DNA of 64,000 nucleotides, from NCBI GenBank assembly GCA_963746175.1, contig CAVVAH010000001.1, positions 1,158,062 to 1,222,061 of the forward strand, written 5' to 3'. Positions within the stretch are counted from its first letter, which is position 1; every line of letters begins with the position of its first letter. This DNA is from an uncultured Actinomycetota bacterium (GTDB taxonomy: Bacteria > Actinomycetota > Actinomycetes > JACCUZ01). Shown piece after piece: positions 43,844-52,368 of this stretch. The translations under genes and the position numbers were made by a program. The notes under the pieces were generated by a model that saw nothing but the letters and a program-made list of their open reading frames with translations, was not told the DNA's origin and did not search any database.

Positions 43844-44995
43844 TCAGCCGCCGGAGACCGCGAGCTCGGCGTCGAGGTCGACGACACCGCCGGTGGGGGC
43901 GTCCAGCCACCCCTCCGGCAGTGCGACGCGGCGCGGCGAACCGGCCCGGCCGCGCGGTGTGCCGACCGCCACCGGCGGGAACGGCTCGTCGGCGTCGAGC
44001 CCGGCGAGCAGGCCGTCGAGCTCGGCCAGCGTCGAGACCAGGGCGAGCCGGTGTCGGGTCTCGCCACCCACGCCGAAGCCCTTGAGGTACCAGGACACGT
44101 GCTTGCGGAACTCCCGGCAGCCCTTGTCCTCCCCCAGCCAGTCCGCCATCAGCCCCGCGTGCCGTCGCATGACCCGCGCGACCTCGCCCAGGGTCGGGTG
44201 CTCGTCGTCCGGGAGGCCGGCGAACGCGCGGTCGAGGGAGCGGAACAGCCACGGGCGGCCGAGGCAGCCGCGGCCGACGACGACGCCGTCGCAGCCGGTC
44301 TCGCGCATCATCCGCAGGGCGTCGTCGGCCTCCCAGACGTCGCCGTTGCCGAGCACCGGCACGGAGGTGACGTGCTCCTTGAGCCGGGCCACGGCCTCCC
44401 AGTCGGCCTGCCCGGAGTACGCCTGGGCGGCGGTCCGGCCGTGCAGCGCCACCGCGGTCACGCCCTCGTCCTCGGCGATCCGGCCGGCCTCGAGGTAGGT
44501 CAGGTGCTCGTCGTCGATGCCCTTGCGCATCTTCATCGTCACCGGGAGCGGCCCGGCCGCCCGGACGGCTGCCCGAAGGACGGCCTTGAGCAGGTCGCGC
44601 TTCCACGGCAGCGCCGCGCCGCCGCCGCGGCGGGTCACCTTGGGCACCGGGCAGCCGAAGTTGAGGTCGAGGTGATCGGCGCGGTCCTCGGCCACGATCA
44701 TCGTGACGGCCTCACCGACCACGCGGGGGTCGACGCCGTACAGCTGCAGGCTGCGCGGGTGCTCGTCGGGGCCGAACTCGATCAGGCGCATGGTCTCCGG
44801 GTCGCGCTCGACCAGCGCCCGGGTCGTGATCATCTCGCTGACGTACAGCCCACCGCCGTACTCCCGGCAGAGCGAGCGGAACGGCTGGTTGGTGATGCCG
44901 GCCATCGGCGCCAGCACGACCGGAGGCCACACCGGGTACGGCCCGATCCGCAGCCCGCCCTCGGCGGGCGCGTCGGAGGTCGGCTGCACGGTCAC
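43844..44995 (-). CDS. dus: tRNA-dihydrouridine synthase
   Basis: ORF 43844..45052 with the start taken at GTG 44995; the alternative is ATG 45052. It has the Dus signature (LAPMAGITNQPFR; FGCP; NGD catalytic region). Confidence 0.85.
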   Translation of the reverse strand: MTVQPTSDAPAEGGLRIGPYPVWPPVVLAPMAGITNQPFRSLCREYGGGLYVSEMITTRALVERDPETMRLIEFGPDEHPRSLQLYGVDPRVVGEAVTMIVAEDRADHLDLNFGCPVPKVTRRGGGAALPWKRDLLKAVLRAAVRAAGPLPVTMKMRKGIDDEHLTYLEAGRIAEDEGVTAVALHGRTAAQAYSGQADWEAVARLKEHVTSVPVLGNGDVWEADDALRMMRETGCDGVVVGRGCLGRPWLFRSLDRAFAGLPDDEHPTLGEVARVMRRHAGLMADWLGEDKGCREFRKHVSWYLKGFGVGGETRHRLALVSTLAELDGLLAGLDADEPFPPVAVGTPRGRAGSPRRVALPEGWLDAPTGGVVDLDAELAVSGG

Positions 44996-45057
44996 CCCGT
45001 GATTCTCCCAGCCTGGCTGACCTGCTCTTACCTCGCCCGGGCGGTCGCGCACGTCGG

Positions 45058-45152
45058 CCGCCGTCGTGGCACTTCGGACGTCTCCCGCCGTCGTGGCACT
45101 TCGGACGTCTCCCGCCGTCGTGGCACCTTTCCACGTGTCGCGCCGTCGTGGC
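45058..45152. repeat. tandem direct repeat array of a 27-bp unit CCGCCGTCGTGGCACTTCGGACGTCTC (two full and two partial copies), upstream of dus
   Basis: Copies are at 45058-45084, 45085-45111, 45112-45126 (partial) and 45141-45152 (partial). It is non-coding in any sensible frame. Confidence 0.7.
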
Positions 45153-45239
45153 CGAGGTCAGAGCGGCGTTGGACGGACGGAGCGCGTGCCCTCTCGGCTG
45201 CCGTTGCCGGCTGGCTCGCCGTCCACGGTTTCTGGTGAA

Positions 45240-45284
45240 GTGGCCCCGCCAAGGGGGCGCTTTCCGGGGCTCCAGCGGGGCCAC
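45240..45284. other. GC-rich hairpin (10-bp perfect stem GTGGCCCCGC / GCGGGGCCAC, 25-nt loop) in the dus / PQQ-dehydrogenase intergenic region
   Basis: Seen directly at 45240-45249 and 45275-45284. It may be the terminator for the upstream minus-strand operon. Confidence 0.35.
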
Positions 45285-45507
45285 TTCGCTCGGATCACCA
45301 CTCGGACGGGATCCGATCAGACGGTGGGACATCCGCGGCTCTACCCCAGGTTCGAGCCGGCTTGCCAACATCGGAGGTCACGCCACGCGTGCGACTTGCC
45401 CCAACTGACTCCGATGTCGCGAAAGCCACGAGATCGGGAGAGCGACGGACGGCGGGCAGGCGTCTCCTCCTCCGAAGCCGCTCTGACGATCACCCGGCCC
45501 CGAGAGA

Positions 45508-46584
45508 TCAGGGCAGGGCGACCCGGATCACCTTGTCGTCGCCCGGCCCGGGGTTCGCCCGGCCGTCGCGGTTGGAGGTGGTGATCCAGAGCGAGCCGTC
45601 CGGCGCGGCCATCACCTGGCGGATCCGGCCGAAGCGGCCCGCGAGGTGCTTGCGCTTCTTCCCGGAGTCCGGGCCACGCAGCCGCACCGAGAACAGGCAC
45701 TCGCCCTGCAGCGCACCGAGCCAGGCGCGTCCGTTGGCGACCGCGACACCGGCCGGCGAGCAGGTCGAGGTCGGCGACCACTGGGCCAGCGGGTCGCGGT
45801 AGCCGCCGGCGCCGTCGGCCCCCTCGACGTACGGCCAGCCGTAGTTCGCGCCGCGCACGATCATGTTGAGCTCGTCGCTCTCCTTCTCGCCGAACTCGCT
45901 GGCCCACAGCTGTCCGCGCCGGTCGAAGGTGATGCCCTCGACGTTGCGGTGGCCCATCGACCAGGTGTGGTTGCCGAACGGGTTGTCCGACGGCACTCCG
46001 CCGGCCGGTGTGAGGCGCAGGATCTTGCCGCCGAGCGAGCTCCTGCTCTGCGCCCGCGAGCTCACCTCCCCGTCGCCGGTGCTGGCGTAGAGGAGACCGT
46101 CCGGCCCGAACACGAGCCCGCCGCCGTTGTGGTGCAGGTTCATCGGGATCCCGGCCAGCACGACCGTCCGCGTGCCCAGCGCGCCACCCGCGTAGGTGAA
46201 CCGCACGATCCGGTTGTCGCTGCGGGTCGAGAGATAGGCGTAGACCAGCCGGTTGGACGCGAAGTCGGGGTGCAGAGCCAGCCCGAGCAGACCGCTCTCG
46301 CCCGCGTTGCCCACCTGGCTGTGCGCCTCGAGGTGACCCACCCGGTGCCGGCCGCCGCCGCGCTTGACCACGTGGACGTCACCGCTGTCCCGCTCACCGA
46401 CGAGAGCGTTGCCGCTGGGCAGGAAGGCCATCCCCCACGGGACACCGAGACCGTGGGCGAGCGTCCGGTCGACCCGCGGCGCCGCCTGGGCCGGCCCGGT
46501 GCCGGCGACGCCCGTGCCGAGGGCGGCACCACCCGCTGTGGCGAGCCCGGCCTTGAGCAGCGTGCGACGGTCGAAGCGGGTCAT
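45508..46584 (-). CDS. PQQ-dependent soluble sugar / aldose dehydrogenase (sorbosone-dehydrogenase family) with a Tat signal
   Basis: C-terminal 359 codons of ORF 45508..47553 from ATG 46584 (MTRFDRRTLLKAGLATAGGAALG, twin-arginine signal). It has beta-propeller sugar-dehydrogenase motifs (HNGGGLVFGPDGLLY; NYGWP). Confidence 0.85.
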   Translation of the reverse strand: MTRFDRRTLLKAGLATAGGAALGTGVAGTGPAQAAPRVDRTLAHGLGVPWGMAFLPSGNALVGERDSGDVHVVKRGGGRHRVGHLEAHSQVGNAGESGLLGLALHPDFASNRLVYAYLSTRSDNRIVRFTYAGGALGTRTVVLAGIPMNLHHNGGGLVFGPDGLLYASTGDGEVSSRAQSRSSLGGKILRLTPAGGVPSDNPFGNHTWSMGHRNVEGITFDRRGQLWASEFGEKESDELNMIVRGANYGWPYVEGADGAGGYRDPLAQWSPTSTCSPAGVAVANGRAWLGALQGECLFSVRLRGPDSGKKRKHLAGRFGRIRQVMAAPDGSLWITTSNRDGRANPGPGDDKVIRVALP

Positions 46585-46595
46585 GTCTGGTCCTC

Positions 46596-47546
46596 TCAGC
46601 GGCAGAGCGCGGTGGGGCGCTCGACGACCTTGGTGCGGTGGATCCGGAGCGCGCGCACCGACGAGTTGTTGTCGTTGTCGGACTCGACGAGCTGGTCGAT
46701 CGGGTCGACGACCGTCTCCAGGCAGTACAGACCGTCCGGCAGGTCGTCGGGCAGCCGCAGCGCCTGACCGGCGAGGAAGCTCTGGTAGATGTCCATCCAG
46801 CCGACCGAGATCCCCTGCGGGCTCCGCTTGGTGCACGAGCCGTACGCGAGGTCGAAGCCGAACTCGCCGTACCGCGCAGGGACGCGGGCGGTGTCCCGGA
46901 GGCAGAAGCTCACCTTGCGCCGCGCCGACACGACGACGCCCTCGGTCTGGCCCTCCGCCACCGGCGTCCGCAGCGTGTAGCGCGCCGAGGCCTTGAAGTG
47001 CCAGTGGTGGTGCAGCGGGTGGTAGACCATGCAGCCGGCCCGGTGCCGGACGAGTCGGGTGTCCTTCTTCAGGTTGTAGCGGCCGTTGGCATTGCGGTCG
47101 ACGTAGATGATCTGCGTCGAGTTGTGCTGGCCCTCGGGGCACGGCTGAAGGTTGTTGGGCCGCACCTCGATCGGCCCGGCCCCGATGTTGCCGAGCGACG
47201 ACGAGAAGCGCAGCCGGCGGCCGTCCTTGCGCTCCTGGAGCGACAGCTGGTTGGCGGGCAGCGCGATCAGGTCCGGCAGCAGCCCGGGGACCGGCGGTGT
47301 CGTCGTCGTCGGGGTGGGCGTCGGCGTCGGTGTCGGCGTCGGTGTCGGAGTCGGAGTCGGAGTCGGAGTCTCTGTCGGAGTCTCCGTCGGAGTCTCGGTC
47401 GGAGTCACCGTCGGCGAGGAGGTCACACCCGCCGGACGGGTCGGGCCGTTGCCCGCGCCCTGGGCCGGGATCGCCCCGACCAGCACGGCCACCACCAGGG
47501 CACCGGCGGCCGCCAGCCCGCCTCGTGCGACGTTCGCCCCGAGCAT
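46596..47546 (-). CDS. secreted lysyl-oxidase-like (LOX-family copper amine oxidase) protein with a Pro/Thr-rich linker
   Basis: ORF 46596..47546. It has a signal peptide, then a (TPTE)n(TP)n linker. The C-terminal domain matches the animal LOX catalytic core: copper site HPLHHHWH; RRKVSFCLRDT versus GHKASFCLEDT, which carries the LTQ lysine; GWMDIYQSF versus CQWIDITD, which carries the LTQ tyrosine; and ESDNDNNSSVRAL versus ESDYTNNVVRC. Confidence 0.7.
   Translation of the reverse strand: MLGANVARGGLAAAGALVVAVLVGAIPAQGAGNGPTRPAGVTSSPTVTPTETPTETPTETPTPTPTPTPTPTPTPTPTPTTTTPPVPGLLPDLIALPANQLSLQERKDGRRLRFSSSLGNIGAGPIEVRPNNLQPCPEGQHNSTQIIYVDRNANGRYNLKKDTRLVRHRAGCMVYHPLHHHWHFKASARYTLRTPVAEGQTEGVVVSARRKVSFCLRDTARVPARYGEFGFDLAYGSCTKRSPQGISVGWMDIYQSFLAGQALRLPDDLPDGLYCLETVVDPIDQLVESDNDNNSSVRALRIHRTKVVERPTALCR
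47290..47400. repeat. hexanucleotide microsatellite-like run (GTCGGN)n that encodes the (TPTE)n/(TP)n linker of the LOX-like protein
   Basis: ggcgtcggcgtcggtgtcggcgtcggtgtcggagtcggagtcggagtcggagtc... is seen directly in the sequence. Confidence 0.6.
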
Positions 47547-47773
47547 CCGTCAACTCACCCGCTTTGCCTGATCTGCGGCTTCTGGTGCGCGGACCCTAAC
47601 GAACGAACCTGGCAGGAACGCCGGGGCACGCCGGGCGGGCCACGACGTGGAACCGGACCGTGACCTCGCGAGTGCCCGGCCGGCTGACCCGCCGCTGGGC
47701 AACCTGTGAGCGGCGTAAGAGGTAGGCACCGGTACCCGTGCGTGGGCGGCTCTCCTGCCGGGCCCGTCGTCGA

Positions 47774-47788
47774 CCGACCGGCGGTCGG
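47774..47788. promoter_or_regulatory. 15-bp palindrome CCGACCG-G-CGGTCGG between the response-regulator gene and the LOX operon. It is either a terminator stem or an operator.
   Basis: Seen directly, 19 nt after the response-regulator stop codon. Confidence 0.3.
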
Positions 47789-47806
47789 CGGGTGGGCGGT
47801 GGACAG

Positions 47807-48412
47807 TCAGAGCCAGCCGCGCTCCTCGGCGATGAGCACCGCCTCGGCCCGGGTCCGGGCACCCGTCTTGCCCATCGCCGACGACAGGTAGTTGCGCACG
47901 GTGCCGTCACTGAGGACGAGCAGCCGGGCGATGTCGGCGACGGTGCCGCCGGAGCGGGCGGCGACGAGCACGTCGCGCTCCCGGCCGGTCAGCGGCGACT
48001 CCCCGCTGGCCAGCGTCTCGGCGGCGAGAGCGGGATCGACGACACGCAGCCCCTGGTGCACCCGGCGGATCGCGTCCGCGAGCTGCGCGGCCGGCGCGTC
48101 CTTGACCAGGAAGCCGGACGCGCCGGCCTCCATCGCCCGCCGGAGGTAGCCCGGCCGTCCGAACGTCGTGACGACGAGCACCCGGCAGCCGGGGAGCGCC
48201 TGGCGCAGCGCGCCGGTCGCGGCGATGCCGTCCAGCCCCGGCATCTCGATGTCCAGCACGGCGACGTCGGGACGCACGTCGCACGCCGTCGGGACCACGA
48301 GGTCGCCGCGCTCGACCTCGGCCACCACGTCGAGGTCGCTCTCCAGGGAGAGCAGCGCGGCCAGGGCGCCGCGGACCAGCGCCTGGTCGTCGGCCAGCAG
48401 GAGACGGATCAT
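47807..48412 (-). CDS. NarL/LuxR-family two-component response regulator
   Basis: ORF 47807..48412. It has a REC domain (LLADDQALVRGAL...VLDIEMPGLDG) and a C-terminal LuxR HTH (LTGRERDVLVAARSGGTVADIARLLVLSDGTVRNYLSSAMGKTG). Confidence 0.9.
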   Translation of the reverse strand: MIRLLLADDQALVRGALAALLSLESDLDVVAEVERGDLVVPTACDVRPDVAVLDIEMPGLDGIAATGALRQALPGCRVLVVTTFGRPGYLRRAMEAGASGFLVKDAPAAQLADAIRRVHQGLRVVDPALAAETLASGESPLTGRERDVLVAARSGGTVADIARLLVLSDGTVRNYLSSAMGKTGARTRAEAVLIAEERGWL

Positions 48413-48419
48413 CGGCCGG

Positions 48420-49619
48420 TCACGCCGGCACCTCGGCGTACAGCCGGAAGCCGCCGTCCTCGACCGGCCCCGCGTCCAGCCGGCCGCCGACCTGGTCCAG
48501 CCGCTCGCGGAGGCCGGTGAGGCCCGAGCCCTCGTGCCCGTTCGGCCCCGGATGGCCGTCGTCGACGATCTCGACGCTGCGCGCGGAGACCGCCACCCGG
48601 ACCCGCTGCGCGTCCGAGTGGCGGATGACGTTCGTGACGCCCTCGCGCAGCACCCAGCCGAACAGCTCGCGCCGCTCCCCGGGCACGTCGTCGACGGCGC
48701 CGGGCAGGTCGGCGACGACGCCGGCTGCGTCCAGGGCCGCTCGCGCCGAGGAGATCTCCGCGGCCAGCGTCACGCCGCGGTAGCCGGCCACGGTCGCGCG
48801 CACGTCGGCCAGCGCCTCCCGCGAGAGCCGCTCGATGTCGGCCACCTCCGCCGCCGCCCGCTGCGGGTCGGCGTCCATGACCCGGCGGGCCAGCTCGGAC
48901 TTGACGGCGATGACCGTGAGGCTGTGGCCCAGCAGGTCGTGCAGGTCGCGGGCGAAGCGGGCCCGCTCCTGCTCGACGGCCAGCGACTTGAGCTCGAGGT
49001 GCGCTTCCGCGAGCGACCGGTTGCGCTTGATGACGCTCGCGAGCCCGAAGACGGCCGCCGACGCGGTGGCGATCGGGAGGTCGATCCAGACCGAGTTCGG
49101 CCACGAGTCGACGAGCAGCTGCAGCACCGGAGCGAGCACCAGCAGGAAGGCGACGACCGCGAGAGCCTCCCGTGTCTCCAGGAGCATGATCGCGATGACG
49201 GCGACGAACACGAAGACGCTGAGCCCGTGCTGCCCGGTGACGGGCAGGATGCTGCACGCGACGCCGAAGGCCCAGAGCACGAACAGGCGACGGCTGCGCG
49301 CGCTGACCCGCGGCGCCATCATCACGGGGACGATGAAGACGTACGCGACGCAGAAGGCGAGCAGGCCGCCGAGAGCGAGGCTGCGCAGCTGCCACGACTG
49401 GTCGGCCTGGACCACGCTGACGAACGAGTCGGCGAGGAACACCAGCCAGATGCCGCTGCCCAGGCGCCAGCGGGCGCTGCGGGGCTGGAAGAAGACGCGC
49501 TCGGCCTCGGACAGGCCGCTGCCGTCGTCGCACTCCTCCGCGCAGTCGGCAGGCCTGGTCAGCAGCCTCGGGAGTCGCACGCCCCGGACGCTAGCCGCCC
49601 TCACGTCAGGCCGCCGCAC
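48420..49619 (-). CDS. sensor histidine kinase (HisKA_3 / NarL-partner type). The N-terminus may be shorter than the listed ORF.
   Basis: ORF 48420..49619. It has TM helices, an H-box (ARDLHDLLGHSLTVIAVKSELA) and a HATPase domain (REGVTNVIRHS...DDGHPGP...GSGLTGLRERL). Confidence 0.85.
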   Translation of the reverse strand: MRRPDVRAASVRGVRLPRLLTRPADCAEECDDGSGLSEAERVFFQPRSARWRLGSGIWLVFLADSFVSVVQADQSWQLRSLALGGLLAFCVAYVFIVPVMMAPRVSARSRRLFVLWAFGVACSILPVTGQHGLSVFVFVAVIAIMLLETREALAVVAFLLVLAPVLQLLVDSWPNSVWIDLPIATASAAVFGLASVIKRNRSLAEAHLELKSLAVEQERARFARDLHDLLGHSLTVIAVKSELARRVMDADPQRAAAEVADIERLSREALADVRATVAGYRGVTLAAEISSARAALDAAGVVADLPGAVDDVPGERRELFGWVLREGVTNVIRHSDAQRVRVAVSARSVEIVDDGHPGPNGHEGSGLTGLRERLDQVGGRLDAGPVEDGGFRLYAEVPA

Positions 49620-49762
49620 GCCGGTGGCGGGACAGCGCCGCGGCCGCGGAGCAGATCATCACGTCTGTCGTCATGACCACGACTCTGCCGTCGTACGCCG
49701 ATGCGTCGGAGTGCGCGACGTCAGGACCTGCCCGTGACAGGTGTCATGGCAGGGTGACCCCC

Positions 49763-50569
49763 ATGAGCGGGACCATCGCGGTGTGCGTCGCCGGGGCGAC
49801 GGGCTGGACCGGACGAGCCGTCGCCGAGGCGGTGCTCGCCGAGGCGGACCTGGACCTGCGCTCGGCCGTGGCTCGCTCGTCAGCGGGTGCCGACCTGGGC
49901 ACCGCCTGGGGTCTCGAGGCCAACGGCGTCCCGGTGGTGGCCGATGCCGGCGACGCGCTCGACGGTGTCGACGTGCTCGTCGACTACACCTCCCACGACG
50001 CCGCGAAGCGGCACGCGCTGACTGCTGTGTCCCACGGGGTGCACGTCGTCATCGGCTCCTCCGGCCTGACGGCCGACGACTTCGCCGAGATCGACAGCGC
50101 TGCCCGCGCCGCCGGCGTCGGTGTCGTCGCCGCCGGCAACTTCTCGCTCACCGCGGCGATGGCGCAGGCCGCGGCGCTGCTGGTGGCGCCGTACCTGCCG
50201 GACCGCGAGGTCCTCGACTACGCGTCGGCCGGCAAGCCGGACGCACCGAGCGGCACCGCCCGTGAGCTGGCCGAGCGGCTCGGCGAGGTGTCGCGGCCGT
50301 CCCTGGTGGTCGCGGTCGCCGACACCGGCGGGCACCCCGAGGCGCGCGGCGCGACCATCGCCGGCACCCAGGTGCACTCGGTGCGCCTGCCGGGATTCGT
50401 GGTCTCCACCGAGGTCGTCTTCGCGCTCCCCGACGAGCGGCTGGTGATCCGGCACGACGCCGGCGGCACACCCGCGCCGTACGTCGCCGGCACGCTGCTC
50501 GCGATCCGGGCTGCGCCGCAGCGCGTCGGCCTCGTCCGCGGCCTCGACTCCCTGCTGCTCGGGGGCTAG
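49763..50569 (+). CDS. dihydrodipicolinate-reductase (DapB) family protein
   Basis: ORF 49673..50569 with the start taken at ATG 49763 (MSGTIAVCVAGATGWTGRAV, Rossmann fold). It has a DapB-like C-terminal domain (HSVRLPGFVVSTEVVF). It may be a paralog rather than the housekeeping dapB. Confidence 0.7.
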   Translation: MSGTIAVCVAGATGWTGRAVAEAVLAEADLDLRSAVARSSAGADLGTAWGLEANGVPVVADAGDALDGVDVLVDYTSHDAAKRHALTAVSHGVHVVIGSSGLTADDFAEIDSAARAAGVGVVAAGNFSLTAAMAQAAALLVAPYLPDREVLDYASAGKPDAPSGTARELAERLGEVSRPSLVVAVADTGGHPEARGATIAGTQVHSVRLPGFVVSTEVVFALPDERLVIRHDAGGTPAPYVAGTLLAIRAAPQRVGLVRGLDSLLLGG

Positions 50570-51783
50570 GGCAGCGCCGCCGCCTTGCGCAGCCAGTGCG
50601 CCGGGTCGCCGGAGTGGTAGACGCGCTCGTCGGGCTCGATGCCGTCCAGGAAGACCTGGTAGATCAACGCTTGCCGCAGCGCTCGGACCGGGCCGAGCAG
50701 CTCGGCGGCCCGGTCCGGGTCGCAGCCCGGGACCGCGTCCCGCCACAGCCCGGCCCAGTGCGCGCGCAGCGGGTCGCGCTGCTCGTCGCGGATGCTGGCC
50801 AGCGTCGCCGCCTGGTCGAGCAAGGGGTTCCCGATGCCGCAGTCGCCCCAGTCCAGGAGCACGCTGCGGCCGTCCGGCGCGTCCGACCCCCGGGTGTTGC
50901 CGGGATGGAAGTCGCCGTGCACGAACGTGTCCGGGACACCGCACTCGGCGACGGCCGCGAACCGATGCGGCAGGCCGTCGACGATGGCGTGCAGCCGGCT
51001 CACGTCGTCCGCACCGAGGTCGCCGCCGGCCACCGACAGCAGCTGCTCGGCTGCCGGCACGAACGCCTCGGCCCGCCAGTCCGGCGCGCCGACCTCCACG
51101 AGCTCCGGCACCCGGTCGACCCACTCGACCTGCAGTCCGACCAGCATCGCGACGACCCGCTGGAGCACCGGCAGCTCGGCACCCCAGTGGTCCTCGCCGG
51201 GCACGTCGTCGAGCAGGACGCGCCGGCCTTCCGCGGCGAGGAGCGGCGGCACGACCTCGGTGTGGAGGCGGCGCAGCATGTCGCCCTCGTGCGCGAAGAA
51301 CGGTGGCACCACTTTGAGCCAGGCCGGCCCCTCCGCCGTCGGGAGCCGCCAGATGCTCGACAGGTTCCAGGTCTTGATCTGCGCGGCGGGCCCGGTGCTG
51401 GGCCGTCCCGCGGCCGCCAGCTGTCCCTCCGCCCACGCGACATCGGCGGCGGGCCCACCGGGCCTGGCGTACGGCAGCCGCAACGGGTGGTCCACCGTCG
51501 GGTCCGGACCGGCCCACGGTGCCAGGTCGCGGTCGGGAGCCGGGTCGACCTCGGCGAGATAGGTCGCCGGACCGCCGGCGGTGCCCCAGCCGGTCTCGGC
51601 GTGCAGCAGCCGCAGCACGGTCACGTCGACGCCGAACCGGTCCTTGGCGCCCGCGACGACGCCCTCCACCTCCTGCCACCACGGGACCGCCACCTCGAAC
51701 GGTGGCAGGCTGCCCAGGACGGTGCCCGCGCCGTCGCAAAGGAGCAGGGTGGCCACCTTCGGCGGGAAGTCGGGGGACGGCAC
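50566..51783 (-). CDS. phosphotransferase-enzyme-family (APH/choline-kinase-like) protein
   Basis: ORF 50566..51783. It has a Brenner motif (FVHGDFHPGN) and a DxxxxN / DWGDCG catalytic region. Confidence 0.75.
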   Translation of the reverse strand: MPSPDFPPKVATLLLCDGAGTVLGSLPPFEVAVPWWQEVEGVVAGAKDRFGVDVTVLRLLHAETGWGTAGGPATYLAEVDPAPDRDLAPWAGPDPTVDHPLRLPYARPGGPAADVAWAEGQLAAAGRPSTGPAAQIKTWNLSSIWRLPTAEGPAWLKVVPPFFAHEGDMLRRLHTEVVPPLLAAEGRRVLLDDVPGEDHWGAELPVLQRVVAMLVGLQVEWVDRVPELVEVGAPDWRAEAFVPAAEQLLSVAGGDLGADDVSRLHAIVDGLPHRFAAVAECGVPDTFVHGDFHPGNTRGSDAPDGRSVLLDWGDCGIGNPLLDQAATLASIRDEQRDPLRAHWAGLWRDAVPGCDPDRAAELLGPVRALRQALIYQVFLDGIEPDERVYHSGDPAHWLRKAAALP

Positions 51784-51928
51784 CGGGTGACCCTAACGAC
51801 CGGTTGGGTAAAGCCTTGCTCCCAGGGCCCCGCCCGAGCACGTTCGGGCGTACGGTCAGGAGGACGCCCTCGTTTCGCCCCGGACCCGGTTCCGCGATGG
51901 GATCACGGGAGATCCGAAGGGGCCCCTG

Positions 51929-52279
51929 ATGGCCGAGCACGTTCCCACTCAAGCCGCTCGCGCGATCGAGCTGCCGGCCACCCCGGCCGAGACGCCGAGC
52001 CTGCACATCGCCTCCGGTGCGGATGCGATCGAGGAGGCGTCTCGTGACGATCGCCTCGACGCGATCCTCACCCGCGGAGACATCCGCGACCAGGCGGCCG
52101 AACGGCGCGACCGACGCGCTGACAGCCGTCCTGTGACCGGTGATGGTCAGGCCGGGCTGGACCGAGACTGGGCCGGACGGGATCGCGACTCGGCGGCCAT
52201 GGATCGTGCGGACCTCGTCGGCCTGCTGCACGCGCAGGAGCACGACCCGCGGCGGCCAGTCTTCGTGGAGGAGGTCTGA
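51929..52279 (+). CDS. hypothetical acidic protein (116 aa)
   Basis: ORF 51929..52279 with reasonable codon bias (GC3 about 80%). It is preceded by a structured GC-rich leader. No family is recognised. Confidence 0.3.
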   Translation: MAEHVPTQAARAIELPATPAETPSLHIASGADAIEEASRDDRLDAILTRGDIRDQAAERRDRRADSRPVTGDGQAGLDRDWAGRDRDSAAMDRADLVGLLHAQEHDPRRPVFVEEV

Positions 52280-52368
52280 GACCTCGGCCCGCCAGACCGC
52301 CCGCGTCGCCAGCCGACCCCCCCGCTCGGCGACGCGGGCCCTGGGCGTCTCGTGGCCCGTGAACGCCC

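Noticed and set aside
45058-45152. Tandem 27-bp repeats considered as a possible CRISPR array
   Set aside because: The copies are directly adjacent with no spacers, and there are only about 3.5 of them. There are no cas genes in the window. It is a simple tandem repeat.
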